Assembly: GCA_002067855.1 (NCBI GenBank)
Contig: MVQS01000086.1
Coordinates: 1-46,806 of the forward strand
DNA length: 46,806 nt
DNA from: Syntrophaceae bacterium PtaB.Bin038
Lineage (GTDB): Bacteria > Desulfobacterota > Syntrophia > Syntrophales > UBA2192
Direction of reading: 5' to 3'
In this document: one piece after another, positions 32,590-41,777 of the stretch
Numbering within the stretch: the stretch's first letter is position 1
How the letters are laid out: each line of letters opens with the position of its first letter
Translations under genes and position numbers: made by a program
The notes under the pieces: generated by a model
Told to the model about the DNA's origin: nothing
What the model saw: only the letters and a program-made list of their open reading frames with translations
Databases searched by the model: none

Positions 32590-33639
32590 ATGGACCCGAA
32601 TCACCGCAGAAACCAGCTACTCTCCATCGGGGGCACGGCCCTCCTGGCGGCCCTGCTCTATGCCGCCAACAGCGCCGGATCGGACTACACGATCCGGATC
32701 CTGAACAACTGCGCGATCTTCATCATCCTCGCGGTGAGCTACAATCTCATCAACGGCGTGACGGGCCAGTTCTCCCTCGAACCCAACGCCTTCGTGGCCA
32801 TCGGGGCCTACACCTCCGCACTTCTGACGCTCACGCCGATGGAGAAGGAGATTTCCTTCATCATCGAGCCCTGCATCTGGCCCCTGAGCGTCATCTCGGT
32901 CCCCTTCGCGGTCTCGCTGCTCGCTGCGGGGATCGTGACCGCCTTCTTCGGGTTCCTGATGGGCTTCCCCGTGTTCCGCGTGCGCGGCGATTACCTGGCC
33001 ATCGTGACCCTCGGGTTCGGGGAGGTCGTCCGCGTCATCGCCAACAACACGCAGAGCATCACCAACGGGCCCCTCGGGCTCAAGGGCATCGCGGATCACA
33101 CGAACCTCTGGTGGTCGTGGGGACTCGCCGTCCTCACGGTGTTCCTCATCGCCCGCATGGTGCGCAGCAGCTACGGCATGGCCATGAAGGCGATCAAGTA
33201 CGACGAGGCGGCGGCCGAGGCGGTGGGGATCAACGCTTTCTGGCACAAGATGCTCGCCTTCACGACGAGCGCCTTCTTCGAGGGAATCGGCGGGGGGCTT
33301 CTGGCCCACCTGATCACCACGATCTCGCCCACGCTCTTCACGTTCTTCCTCACCTTCAACCTCCTCATCATCATCGTGGCGGGCGGCCTCGGGAGCATCA
33401 CCGGTTCCATCCTCGCCGCCATCCTCGTCACCTGGGGAGGCGAAGCGCTCCGTTTCCTCGACGAACCCATGGACCTCGGGCTCTTCGAGATCCCCGGAAT
33501 CCCCGGGATGCGGATGGTCATCTTCTCGCTGATCCTCATCTTCATCATGATCTTCGCCCGACACGGCATCCTGGGGACGCGGGAATTCAGCTGGAACTGG
33601 CTGTCCGGGAAACTCGGCATCGGAGGTCGGCCCCGATGA
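32590..33639 (+). CDS. livM: branched-chain amino-acid ABC transporter permease LivM
   Basis: The start is ATG 32590 (the ORF-track TTG at 32557 is the alternative). The core NLINGVTGQFSLEPNAFVAIGAYTSALL... is present. The stop overlaps the livG start as ATGA. Confidence 0.85.
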   Translation: MDPNHRRNQLLSIGGTALLAALLYAANSAGSDYTIRILNNCAIFIILAVSYNLINGVTGQFSLEPNAFVAIGAYTSALLTLTPMEKEISFIIEPCIWPLSVISVPFAVSLLAAGIVTAFFGFLMGFPVFRVRGDYLAIVTLGFGEVVRVIANNTQSITNGPLGLKGIADHTNLWWSWGLAVLTVFLIARMVRSSYGMAMKAIKYDEAAAEAVGINAFWHKMLAFTTSAFFEGIGGGLLAHLITTISPTLFTFFLTFNLLIIIVAGGLGSITGSILAAILVTWGGEALRFLDEPMDLGLFEIPGIPGMRMVIFSLILIFIMIFARHGILGTREFSWNWLSGKLGIGGRPR

Positions 33640-34406
33640 TCCTGCTTACTGCCGAAGCCCTCACGATGAGATTCGGCGGCCTCGTGGCCGTCAACGACTT
33701 CAACCTCCACATCGAAAAGGGGGAGATCGTCGGCCTCATCGGGCCCAACGGCGCCGGCAAGACGACGGTCTTCAACATGATCGCCGGCTACTACACCCCC
33801 TCGGAGGGCGTCATCCGCTTCCGCGACAGCGTCATCAGCGGCCTGAAGGCCAATCGGATCACGAAGGCGGGCATCGCGCGGACCTTCCAGAACATCCGCC
33901 TTTTCTCGGAACTCTCGGTCATCGAGAACGTCATGATCGGGTATCACTGCAGGATCCGGTCGTCGTTTTTCGGAGCGACCCTGAGGCTGCCCCTGTACCG
34001 CCGGGAGGAGAAGATGATGGTCGACGGGGCCATGAAGCTGCTGCGGGAGGTCGGGCTCGAGGAGGTGGCCCGGGAGCGGTCCACGTCCCTGCCCTACGGC
34101 AAGCAGCGGCGGCTCGAGCTCGCCCGGGCCCTGGCCACGGGGCCGCAGCTGCTGCTGCTGGACGAGCCGGCCGCGGGGATGAACCCCAACGAAACGCAGG
34201 AGCTTCTGGAGTTGATCCTGCGCCTCCGCACGGACTACGATCTCACGGTGTTGCTGATCGAGCACGACATGAAGTTCGTCATGGAGATCTGCGAGCGGAT
34301 CAAGGTGCTCGACTACGGCACCACAATCGCCGAGGGGACGCCCCACGAGATCCAGAACAATCCCAGGGTCATCGAGGCCTACCTCGGGGAGGTGCAGCGT
34401 GCTTAG
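33636..34406 (+). CDS. livG: branched-chain amino-acid ABC transporter ATP-binding protein LivG
   Basis: I set the start at ATG 33636 (MILLTAEALTMRFGGLVAVNDFNL...). Walker A is GPNGAGKTT, the signature is LPYGKQRRLE, and Walker B is LLLLDEP. Confidence 0.92.
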   Translation: MILLTAEALTMRFGGLVAVNDFNLHIEKGEIVGLIGPNGAGKTTVFNMIAGYYTPSEGVIRFRDSVISGLKANRITKAGIARTFQNIRLFSELSVIENVMIGYHCRIRSSFFGATLRLPLYRREEKMMVDGAMKLLREVGLEEVARERSTSLPYGKQRRLELARALATGPQLLLLDEPAAGMNPNETQELLELILRLRTDYDLTVLLIEHDMKFVMEICERIKVLDYGTTIAEGTPHEIQNNPRVIEAYLGEVQRA

Positions 34407-35106
34407 GGTCGAGGGACTGAACGTCCACTACGGCGGCATCCACGCCCTGAAGAACGTGTCGATCCACGTGCCCGAGGAGAAGGTCGTGACGCTCGTGGGG
34501 GCAAACGGGGCGGGCAAGAGCACCCTCCTGCGAGCCGTCAGCGGCCTCGTGCCCGCCTCGAGCGGCCGGATCCGCTACGCCGGCCGAGAGATCCTCGGTC
34601 TGTCGGCGCACCGCATCGCCCGCGAAGGGATCGCCATGTCCCCCGAGGGGCGCCGGGTCTTCGTCAACTTGAGCGTCTACGAGAACCTGCTGATGGGCGC
34701 CTACTGCCGGGACGACAGGAAGGAGATCGACCGGGACATCGAGTGGATTTTCGAGACCTTCCCGCGCCTGCTCGAGCGACGCGACCAGCCCGCCGCCACC
34801 CTCTCGGGAGGCGAGCAGCAGATGCTGGCCCTGGGGCGCGCGCTCATGTCGAGGCCCAAGCTGCTGCTGCTGGACGAGCCCTCCCTGGGTCTTGCGCCGC
34901 TTTTGATCCGCGAGGTCTTCCGCGTGATCACGAAGATCCACCAGGAGGGCACCACCATCCTGCTCATCGAGCAGAACGCCATGGCGGCTCTCAACGTCGC
35001 CGACTACGGCTACGTCCTGGAGACGGGCGAGATCGTCCTCGCGGGGACGGGGAAGGACCTGCTTTGCGACGAGCGGGTGAAGAAGGCCTACCTGGGCGAG
35101 ACGTAA
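34399..35106 (+). CDS. livF: branched-chain amino-acid ABC transporter ATP-binding protein LivF
   Basis: GTG 34399 overlaps livG by 8 nt. Walker A is GANGAGKST, the signature is LSGGEQQMLA, and Walker B is LLLLDEPS. Confidence 0.92.
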   Translation: MLRVEGLNVHYGGIHALKNVSIHVPEEKVVTLVGANGAGKSTLLRAVSGLVPASSGRIRYAGREILGLSAHRIAREGIAMSPEGRRVFVNLSVYENLLMGAYCRDDRKEIDRDIEWIFETFPRLLERRDQPAATLSGGEQQMLALGRALMSRPKLLLLDEPSLGLAPLLIREVFRVITKIHQEGTTILLIEQNAMAALNVADYGYVLETGEIVLAGTGKDLLCDERVKKAYLGET

Positions 35107-35186
35107 GCGCTACGCGCAGGGCCCCGGGGGACAGGGAAACGTCTCACCCGGCTCCCTTTTTTCAGACTCCGTCATAAACGGTCCCT

Positions 35187-35225
35187 CGTCATTGCGAGCC
35201 ACGGACCCCGTCTTGGGGACGGGGT
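35187..35225. repeat. copy of the CGTCATYGCGAGCC word followed by an 8-bp hairpin (ACCCCGTC/GACGGGGT)
   Basis: CGTCATTGCGAGCC at 35187-35200 resembles the arms of the element at 37846-37985. It lies in the convergent gap between livF and miaA. Confidence 0.5.
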
Positions 35226-35280
35226 TATCGATGGAAGAAACAGGCTCTGCAAAATCCTCCCCCACCCTCCTTCTTCAAAT

Positions 35281-36201
35281 TCATCCCCTCTTTACGATCT
35301 CCCGCAGCGCCGCTTCGTCCGCCCCCTCGATCCAGTGGATCGTGATCCCCCTGCGCTCCATCCCCCGGAACCACGTGTCCTGGCGCTTGGCGAACTGGTG
35401 GATCCGGGTGTTGAGCGTCCGGACCATCTCCTCGAACGACAGCTCCCCCCGCAGGTACAGGCTCACGTACCGGTACTCCAGGCCCATCTCGTCGAGCCGC
35501 TCCCAGGGAACGCCCGCATCCCGGAGCCTCCGCACCTCGTCGATCATCCCCTGCCCGAGGCGCTCCCTGAGCCGCTGCGTGATCCGCTCCCGCAGGACGG
35601 CACGGTCCCACCGGATGCCGATGACCAGGGGCACGATGTCGGGACGCTCGATGAGGTCCTGCGAGCCCTGCCCGGCCGCGTGCAGGGCAATCTCGATGGC
35701 CCGGACGAGTCGCCCGCGGCCCGTCAGGTCCGTCGTGTTGTGAAGCGCGGGGTTGAGGTGAAGGAGCAACGCGGCCAGCTCATCCATGCTCTTGCCGGCC
35801 AGCTCCGCCCTCAGCGAAGGGTCCTCCGGAACGGGGAGCATCCGGTATGCCCTGAGGACCGACTCGATGTAGAGGCCCGTGCCGCCGACGAGGATCGGTA
35901 TTTTGCCCCGGGCGGAAATCCCGCGGAAGCAGGCGTAGAAGCGCTGCTGGAACTCGAAGACGCTGAAGAGGTGTCCGGGTTCGGCCACGTCGATGAGGTG
36001 GTAGGGCACGGGGGCGCCGTCGACGACGTACTCCGAGAGGTCCTTTCCCGTCCCGATGTCCATGCCCCTGTACACCTGGCGGGAGTCGGCGGAGATCAGC
36101 TCCGAGCCCAGCGACGCGGCCAGCCGCGCGGCCAGCCGCGTCTTGCCCGAGGCCGTCGGCCCGAGAAGGACGATGAGGTTGTAGTTCTTTACCGATTCCA
36201 T
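35281..36201 (-). CDS. miaA: tRNA dimethylallyltransferase MiaA
   Basis: I set the start at ATG 36201 (MESVKNYNLIVLLGPTASGKTRLAARLAASLGSELISADSRQVYRGMDIGTGK...). The protein is 306 aa. Confidence 0.9.
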   Translation of the reverse strand: MESVKNYNLIVLLGPTASGKTRLAARLAASLGSELISADSRQVYRGMDIGTGKDLSEYVVDGAPVPYHLIDVAEPGHLFSVFEFQQRFYACFRGISARGKIPILVGGTGLYIESVLRAYRMLPVPEDPSLRAELAGKSMDELAALLLHLNPALHNTTDLTGRGRLVRAIEIALHAAGQGSQDLIERPDIVPLVIGIRWDRAVLRERITQRLRERLGQGMIDEVRRLRDAGVPWERLDEMGLEYRYVSLYLRGELSFEEMVRTLNTRIHQFAKRQDTWFRGMERRGITIHWIEGADEAALREIVKRG

Positions 36202-36376
36202 CAGACTGCGGTCCGGTGCGAACAGCCGACGGCATACAGCGGACGGCCTGATGAACCATGGACAAAGCGAAGCCGCCTGCTGCCAGCCGAGCCATGGCGC
36301 ATTGCATTTTGCCCGACGCCGTGTTAGCGTTTCCACGGCCTTTATATCCGCTTCGGCCCGAACCGTCAAATACCCG

Positions 36377-37747
36377 ATGAAGAAAGCACAGCTCGATCTT
36401 CGCAACGAACCCGTCGGTTCGCTTCTCTGGAAAATGAGCCTCCCCTCCATCACGGCCATGCTGGTGATGGCGTTTTACAATTTCATCGACGTCTTCTGGC
36501 TTTCGCGCCTCGGCCCCCAGACCATCGCCGCCGTGACCATCGCCTTCCCGATCCAGATGCTCTTCGGCGGTTTCGGCGTCGGCACCGGGGTGGGCGCCGG
36601 GTCCTTCGCGGCACGCATGTTCGGGTCCGGCGAAACCGACCGGGCGAGCCGGACGGCGGGACAGATCCTCTTCCTGTCGTTCTTCATCAGCGCCCTGGTG
36701 ATCGTCCCGGGGCTGATCTTCCACGACTCGATCCTGAGGCTCTTCGGCGCCACCGACGAGATTCTCCCGCTTTCGAGGGAGTACTTCATCGTCTACCTCT
36801 TCACCACCCCTTTCCTGATCTTCATGATCTCGGCGGGCAATCTCTTCCGTGCCGAGGGCAACCCGAATTACTCCATGTACGCGCTCACCACGGCGGCCGT
36901 GCTGGGGGCCCTGCTGGACCCCTTCCTGATCTTCGGCTGGGGGCCCTTCCCCGAGCTGGGCATCCGGGGGGCCGCGTGGTCGGCGGGGATCTCGCAGTTT
37001 GCGACCTGCGTGCTATCCCTCCGGCTCTTCATGAAGCCCACATCCTCCTACCGGATCCGCAGGGAGCACCTGGCGCCCGACCTGCCCGTCATCCGGGCGA
37101 TCTACCGCGTCGGGGTCCCCTCCATGGTCATGAACTTCGTCATCAGCATCGTTCTGACCTTCTACAACCACACCCTCGGCGGTTACGGGCCTGCGGCGGT
37201 GGCGACCCTGGGCATCATCTTCCGGGTGCAGGGACTCATCATCTGGGTGCTCGTTGGGATCGGGCACGGCGTGATGCCGCTCGTGGGGTTCAATTTCGGC
37301 GCCCGTCTGTACCCCCGGCTCATCGAGACGGTGCACGTGGCCGTGAAATACGCGGGCATCCTCACGATCGCCAGCTGCGCCTTCCTGCAGGTCTTCGCCG
37401 ACCCGCTGATCCGCATCTTCACGAAGGACCCTGAGGTCATTGCCGTCGCCGTCCCGGCGCTTCGGATCTTCGCCCTGTCGCTTCCCTTCGCAGGGGCGAA
37501 TTTCACCTGGATCAGCATGTTCAACGGGCTGGGCAAGGGGGTCGTCTCCATGTCGCTGCTCGTGATGCGCGACGTGGTCCTGCTCATCCCGCTGCTGCTC
37601 CTGCTGTCCATGCAGTTCGGGCTCACCGGCGTCTGGGCTGCACAGCCCATGGCCAACGCCTGCCTCTTCCTGGGCGCGTGGTATCTCACGCGGCGGGAGT
37701 TCCGCAGTTTCCCCGCCGCAGCGCCCGCCCCCGCGGCGGACAAATAA
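36377..37747 (+). CDS. MATE-family efflux transporter
   Basis: I set the start at ATG 36377 (MKKAQLDLRNEPVGSLLWKMSLPSITAMLVMAFYNFIDVFWLSRLG...). The protein has 12 predicted hydrophobic segments and is 456 aa. Confidence 0.88.
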   Translation: MKKAQLDLRNEPVGSLLWKMSLPSITAMLVMAFYNFIDVFWLSRLGPQTIAAVTIAFPIQMLFGGFGVGTGVGAGSFAARMFGSGETDRASRTAGQILFLSFFISALVIVPGLIFHDSILRLFGATDEILPLSREYFIVYLFTTPFLIFMISAGNLFRAEGNPNYSMYALTTAAVLGALLDPFLIFGWGPFPELGIRGAAWSAGISQFATCVLSLRLFMKPTSSYRIRREHLAPDLPVIRAIYRVGVPSMVMNFVISIVLTFYNHTLGGYGPAAVATLGIIFRVQGLIIWVLVGIGHGVMPLVGFNFGARLYPRLIETVHVAVKYAGILTIASCAFLQVFADPLIRIFTKDPEVIAVAVPALRIFALSLPFAGANFTWISMFNGLGKGVVSMSLLVMRDVVLLIPLLLLLSMQFGLTGVWAAQPMANACLFLGAWYLTRREFRSFPAAAPAPAADK

Positions 37748-37790
37748 TCGTTGGGATTTTCTCGCGGATTTTGTTACATCATCGGAAGAA

Positions 37791-37825
37791 AGGGGTCGGG
37801 GGACAGGGTCCGGGGACATAAGGGT
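37791..37825 (+). repeat. G-run heptads AGGGGTC GGGGGAC AGGGTCC GGGGACA TAAGGGT; canonical G-quadruplex motif
   Basis: GGGG-tc-GGGGG-aca-GGG-tcc-GGGG at 37792-37815, with loops of 2-3 nt. It lies 45 nt after the MATE stop. Confidence 0.7.
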
Positions 37826-37845
37826 CACGACTGCCGATAAAACGA

Positions 37846-37985
37846 GTCGTTGCGAGGAGGCCGTCAGGCCGACGCGGCAATCACCGGAATCGGGTGTCAG
37901 GAACCAGGCTTATGGACATCGGGTTAGAACAGAGAAGGGAATCGTAGATCGTCACGCCCTCGACGGGCTCGGGCTCGCGATGACG
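37846..37985. repeat. ~140-nt imperfect inverted-repeat element with GTCGTTGCGAGGAGGCC... / ...GGGCTCGCGATGAC termini
   Basis: The left arm is 37846-37884 and the right arm is 37947-37985. The termini GTCGTTGCGAG and CTCGCGATGAC are near-complementary. It lies in a 362-nt non-coding gap that has no ORF of 60 aa or more. Confidence 0.5.
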
Positions 37986-38109
37986 TTTCTTTACCTTTCA
38001 CTCAAACAATCGTACCCATAGACACGCAGCCGCGTATCATTCCCTGCCGCTTTGCGGCTCAGGCCACCGAGCCCGGATTACGGGCCTCTTTCATAAAAAG
38101 GAGGGAATC

Positions 38110-40113
38110 ATGGAATACCTTTTTTCTCCCGTCAAGGTCGGATCGCTCACCCTGAAGAACCGCATCGTCATGCCGGCCATGCACCTCGGCTACTGCAACG
38201 ACCGCAGCGAGGTGACGGACCGTCTCGTGGCTTTCTATGAGGAGCGTGCACGGGGCGGGGCGGCCCTCCTCTTCGTCGGGGGCTGCACGATCGACTCCTA
38301 TGCGAGCAGCATGAAGGAGATGATCGGGATCAGCGACGACCGGTTCATCCCGGGCCTCTCGAAACTCGTCGCGGCCGCTCACCGGCACGGCGCCCTCATG
38401 GCGGCCCAGCTCTTCCACGGCGGCCGCTACGTCCGCTCCGGCATGATCGGCCGGCAGCCGATCGCACCCTCCCCCATTGCCTCGGCCATCACCCGGGAGG
38501 TCCCCCGCGAGATGAGCCTGGACGACATCCAGGACACGATCGCAAACTTCGCCGATGCGGCGGCCAGGGCGAAACGGGCGGGATTCGACGCCGTCGAGGT
38601 CCTGGCTGGCACGGGCTACCTGATCTCGGAATTCTTCTCGCCCCTGACCAATCACCGGACCGACGAGTACGGCGGCAGCCCCGACAGGCGGATGCGCTTC
38701 GGCATCGAGGTGGCCTGGGCGATCCGCGAGGCCGTGGGCCCGGGCTACCCCGTCGTCTTCCGCATCGCCGGCAGCGACTTCATGCCGGGCGGCAACACGA
38801 ACCGGGAAGCCGCCCAGTTCGCGCGCATGCTGGAGCAGCACGGAGTGGACGCCTTCAGCGTCACGGGCGGATGGCACGAGACCATGGTCCCCCAGATCAC
38901 CATGGACGTGCCCCGGGGGGCCTTCGTCCACCTGGCAAGCGGCGTCAAGGCAGCCGTCACCGGGCCCGTCATCGCGTGCAACCGCATCAACGACCCGGAT
39001 CTGGCCGAGGGGATCATCCGTGACGGCCGCGCCGACCTGGTCGGCCTCGCACGAGCGCTGCTGGCGGACCCCGAGTTCCCCGTGAAGGCGATGTCGGGCC
39101 GGGCGAAGGAAATCGTCCCCTGCATAGGCTGCAATCAGGGCTGTCTGGACCGGATCTTCAACTTCGAGCCCGTCGAGTGCCTCGTCAACCCCCGTGCCGG
39201 CCGGGAGTTCGAGGTCCCGCCCGTGCAGAAGGCCGCGGCGCCCAAAAAGGTCATGGTGGTCGGCGGGGGTCCCGCCGGACTGTCTGCGGCCCGGACGGCC
39301 GCACAGGCCGGCCACAGGGTGACCCTCTACGAGAGGGAGGCGACCCTCGGCGGCCAGATGCCCTTCGCCTCGGCCATCGAGGAGCGCCGCGAGATGAGTG
39401 CCTACCTGGAGCCTTTTGCCGAGGGGGCCAGGGCCGCGGGGGCCGTCATCCGGACAAGTGTGGAGGTCGGCGAGGATCTCGTGAAGGCCGAAAAGCCCGA
39501 TGCGGTCATCCTGGCCACGGGGGGCGAGCCCCTCTGCCCGCCCATCCCCGGGATCGACGGTGAAAACGTGGAATACGCCTGGGACGTGCTGGCAGGGAAA
39601 GCCGCCACGGGAAAGACCGTCGTGGTGATCGGCGGGGGCGCCGTCGGGATCGAGGCGGCCCTGTACCTGGCGAAAATCGGCACCCTCGACGCCGAAACCC
39701 TGAAGTTCCTGCTCCTGAACAAGGCGGAGGAACCCGAGCGCCTGCGCGAATACGCCACCCGGGGCGTCAAGAAGGTCACCCTCGTCGAGATGCTCGACAG
39801 GGCCGGCGACGACATCGGGCTGACCACGCGCTGGATCGCCCTGCGGCAGCTCTCGCAGTACGGGGTTCGCGTGATGACGCACACGAAGGCCGTCGAGATC
39901 ACCCCGAAGGGCCTCTGGGTGGAAAAGAAGGAGGGCCGCGAGCTCATCCCCTGCGACACCGTCGTAATGGCCTGCGGGACCGTCCCGTTCAATCCCCTCG
40001 AGGAGCGGCTGCGCGGCCTTGCCGACAGGGTCATCGTCGTGGGGGACGCGAAGAAGGCTCGCAAGGCATACGAGGCGGTCCACGAGGCGTTCTTCGCCGC
40101 CCGGGAGCTGTGA
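38110..40113 (+). CDS. 2,4-dienoyl-CoA reductase-like flavoprotein (OYE-type TIM barrel + [4Fe-4S] + FAD/NAD(P) domains)
   Basis: 667 aa with the SD AAAGGAGGG. The N-terminus FSPVKVGSLTLKNRIVMPAMH is OYE-like. The cluster motif is CIGCNQGCLDRIF...ECLVNP. The Rossmann motif is VMVVGGGPAGLSAA. Confidence 0.88.
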   Translation: MEYLFSPVKVGSLTLKNRIVMPAMHLGYCNDRSEVTDRLVAFYEERARGGAALLFVGGCTIDSYASSMKEMIGISDDRFIPGLSKLVAAAHRHGALMAAQLFHGGRYVRSGMIGRQPIAPSPIASAITREVPREMSLDDIQDTIANFADAAARAKRAGFDAVEVLAGTGYLISEFFSPLTNHRTDEYGGSPDRRMRFGIEVAWAIREAVGPGYPVVFRIAGSDFMPGGNTNREAAQFARMLEQHGVDAFSVTGGWHETMVPQITMDVPRGAFVHLASGVKAAVTGPVIACNRINDPDLAEGIIRDGRADLVGLARALLADPEFPVKAMSGRAKEIVPCIGCNQGCLDRIFNFEPVECLVNPRAGREFEVPPVQKAAAPKKVMVVGGGPAGLSAARTAAQAGHRVTLYEREATLGGQMPFASAIEERREMSAYLEPFAEGARAAGAVIRTSVEVGEDLVKAEKPDAVILATGGEPLCPPIPGIDGENVEYAWDVLAGKAATGKTVVVIGGGAVGIEAALYLAKIGTLDAETLKFLLLNKAEEPERLREYATRGVKKVTLVEMLDRAGDDIGLTTRWIALRQLSQYGVRVMTHTKAVEITPKGLWVEKKEGRELIPCDTVVMACGTVPFNPLEERLRGLADRVIVVGDAKKARKAYEAVHEAFFAAREL

Positions 40114-40232
40114 CAGAAAATCCCCCTCCATCCCCCCTTGTTAAAAGGGGATGCCTCGGAGGATACCCCTTTTTGAAGGGGGTCGAGGGGAATGTGAATG
40201 CCATAGACCCAGATAGACTTAGACAGACCATT

Positions 40233-41150
40233 ATGACCGAAGACGATTTCCTGGAGGCCCTTTTCAAACGCATGCCCCTTCCGCCGGGCGATCTGGTCAT
40301 CCCGCCCGGCGACGACTGCGCGGGGTTCCGTTCGGCGGACGGCGGCATCCTGCTGATCGCCGTGGACCAGGTGGTCGAGGGACGGCACTTTCTCGACGAG
40401 GGTCCTTTCACGGCATCGCCGCGGCAGGTGGGCCGCAAGCTTCTTGCCCGCAACCTCAGCGACATCGCCGCCATGGGGGGCACGCCTCTGTATTGTCTGA
40501 GTTCCGTGGCCCTCGGGAGCCGTCACGACACGGCCTGGCTCGACCGCTTCTTCGACGGGATGCTGGAGCTGTGCAGGCGCTGGGAGACCCACCTGATCGG
40601 GGGGGACCTGGCCCGCGGTGCGGAGAGGACGGTGGCAAGCCTGACCATCGTCGGCCGCGCGGGCGAGAGGCAGGTCCTGCGCCGCTCGGGCGCAAGGGCG
40701 GGCGACGGCTTCTGGGCCACCGGGGTCTTCGGCCGTTCGTTTGCGACGGCGCATCATCTCGACTTCGAGCCCAGGATCGAGGAAGGCCGGTGGCTCGCCG
40801 AACGGGGACTATCCCGGGCGATGATCGACGTGAGCGACGGGCTTCTCATCGACGCGGGGCGCCTCTGCCGCGCCTCGGGCGTCGGGCTGTTCCTCGACCC
40901 GGGGACCGTTCCCAGGCGAAGCGGCGACACCACGCTGCAGGAAGCCCTGACGGACGGCGAGGACTACGAGCTGCTCTTCGCCGTATCGAAGGAAAACGAG
41001 GAGCGCCTCAGGCGCGACTGGCCCTTCCGCGGGCTCCCCCTGACAAGGCTGGGTGAATTCAGATCCGCCCCGTCACCGGGCGTCTTCGACCTCGGCGGCA
41101 AGCCGCTCGATACCGAAGGCGCACGGGGCTGGGACCACTTCAGCCGGTGA
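40233..41150 (+). CDS. thiL: thiamine-monophosphate kinase ThiL
   Basis: I set the start at ATG 40233 (MTEDDFLEALFKRM...). PurM-like motifs are GDDCAGF...LIAVDQVVEGRHF and ARNLSDIAAMGGTP. There is no SD. Confidence 0.88.
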   Translation: MTEDDFLEALFKRMPLPPGDLVIPPGDDCAGFRSADGGILLIAVDQVVEGRHFLDEGPFTASPRQVGRKLLARNLSDIAAMGGTPLYCLSSVALGSRHDTAWLDRFFDGMLELCRRWETHLIGGDLARGAERTVASLTIVGRAGERQVLRRSGARAGDGFWATGVFGRSFATAHHLDFEPRIEEGRWLAERGLSRAMIDVSDGLLIDAGRLCRASGVGLFLDPGTVPRRSGDTTLQEALTDGEDYELLFAVSKENEERLRRDWPFRGLPLTRLGEFRSAPSPGVFDLGGKPLDTEGARGWDHFSR

Positions 41151-41157
41151 GGCGAAA

Positions 41158-41706
41158 TCAGTCTGCCGAACCCCAGATGCCCCGCCCGTCCCCGCCGCTG
41201 TCCAGGTTTCTGCGATCCTTGTAGTCCAGACGCAGCACGATCGCCTCCCCCTGTCCGGCGGGGGTGACGTCCCAGAGGTCGATGTCCATCTTCATGTCCG
41301 TCAGCGTGTATCCGACAACCGCGCCGTTGCGGAGGACCTCGCGGGTCACGAGCACCCTCGGATTGTGAAGGTTGCGGCTCACGACCCTGGCGTAATCCGC
41401 GGGGATCTCCCCCGGAGCCATTTTCCCGAGCCTCTCGATCGAGGCGCCCCCGCCCGTAATGACCTCGATCCCGTCGCGGTAGAGGAAATACCCGAAGATC
41501 TGCTCCGCGTAGGGCCCGAAGGTGGCTACGCGGATCGCGTTGAACTTCCCGCTGCCCGCCGGGCCCTTCATCACTGCCGCAGCATCGACCTGGTTCCACT
41601 TCAGAATGGCGCCCGGTGCACAGGCAGACAGCAATGCGGGCAGGAACAGGCACAGGATGATGCCCGCTGCACGCTTTCTCATTGCCGATGTCGCCGTTCT
41701 CTTCAT
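41158..41706 (-). CDS. lipoprotein of unknown family (paralog A)
   Basis: 182 aa with a GGAGAGGA SD. The lipobox is LLSAC. It shares blocks with the neighbouring ORF: LKWNQVD, NAIR..TFGP.AEQIFGYFLY.DGIEV.TGGG, VVGYT, LWD.T and VLRL.Y.D.RR. Confidence 0.7.
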   Translation of the reverse strand: MKRTATSAMRKRAAGIILCLFLPALLSACAPGAILKWNQVDAAAVMKGPAGSGKFNAIRVATFGPYAEQIFGYFLYRDGIEVITGGGASIERLGKMAPGEIPADYARVVSRNLHNPRVLVTREVLRNGAVVGYTLTDMKMDIDLWDVTPAGQGEAIVLRLDYKDRRNLDSGGDGRGIWGSAD

Positions 41707-41777
41707 GTCTTCATGTCCTCTCCTCTATCCGGCACGGTTTCCCATGCTTGTTGCGCGGGACGCCTTTGCATGGCCCG

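Noticed and set aside
38059-40131. 690-aa ORF on the minus strand
   Set aside because: It is antisense to the FadH-like flavoprotein, which has unmistakable OYE, Fe-S and Rossmann motifs. It is a shadow ORF.
40114-40232. Possible TPP riboswitch upstream of thiL
   Set aside because: I could not find the conserved THI-box features (for example the CUGAGA element). The region contains two short CCCCTT/AAGGGG hairpins and the CCAGATAGAC repeat instead.
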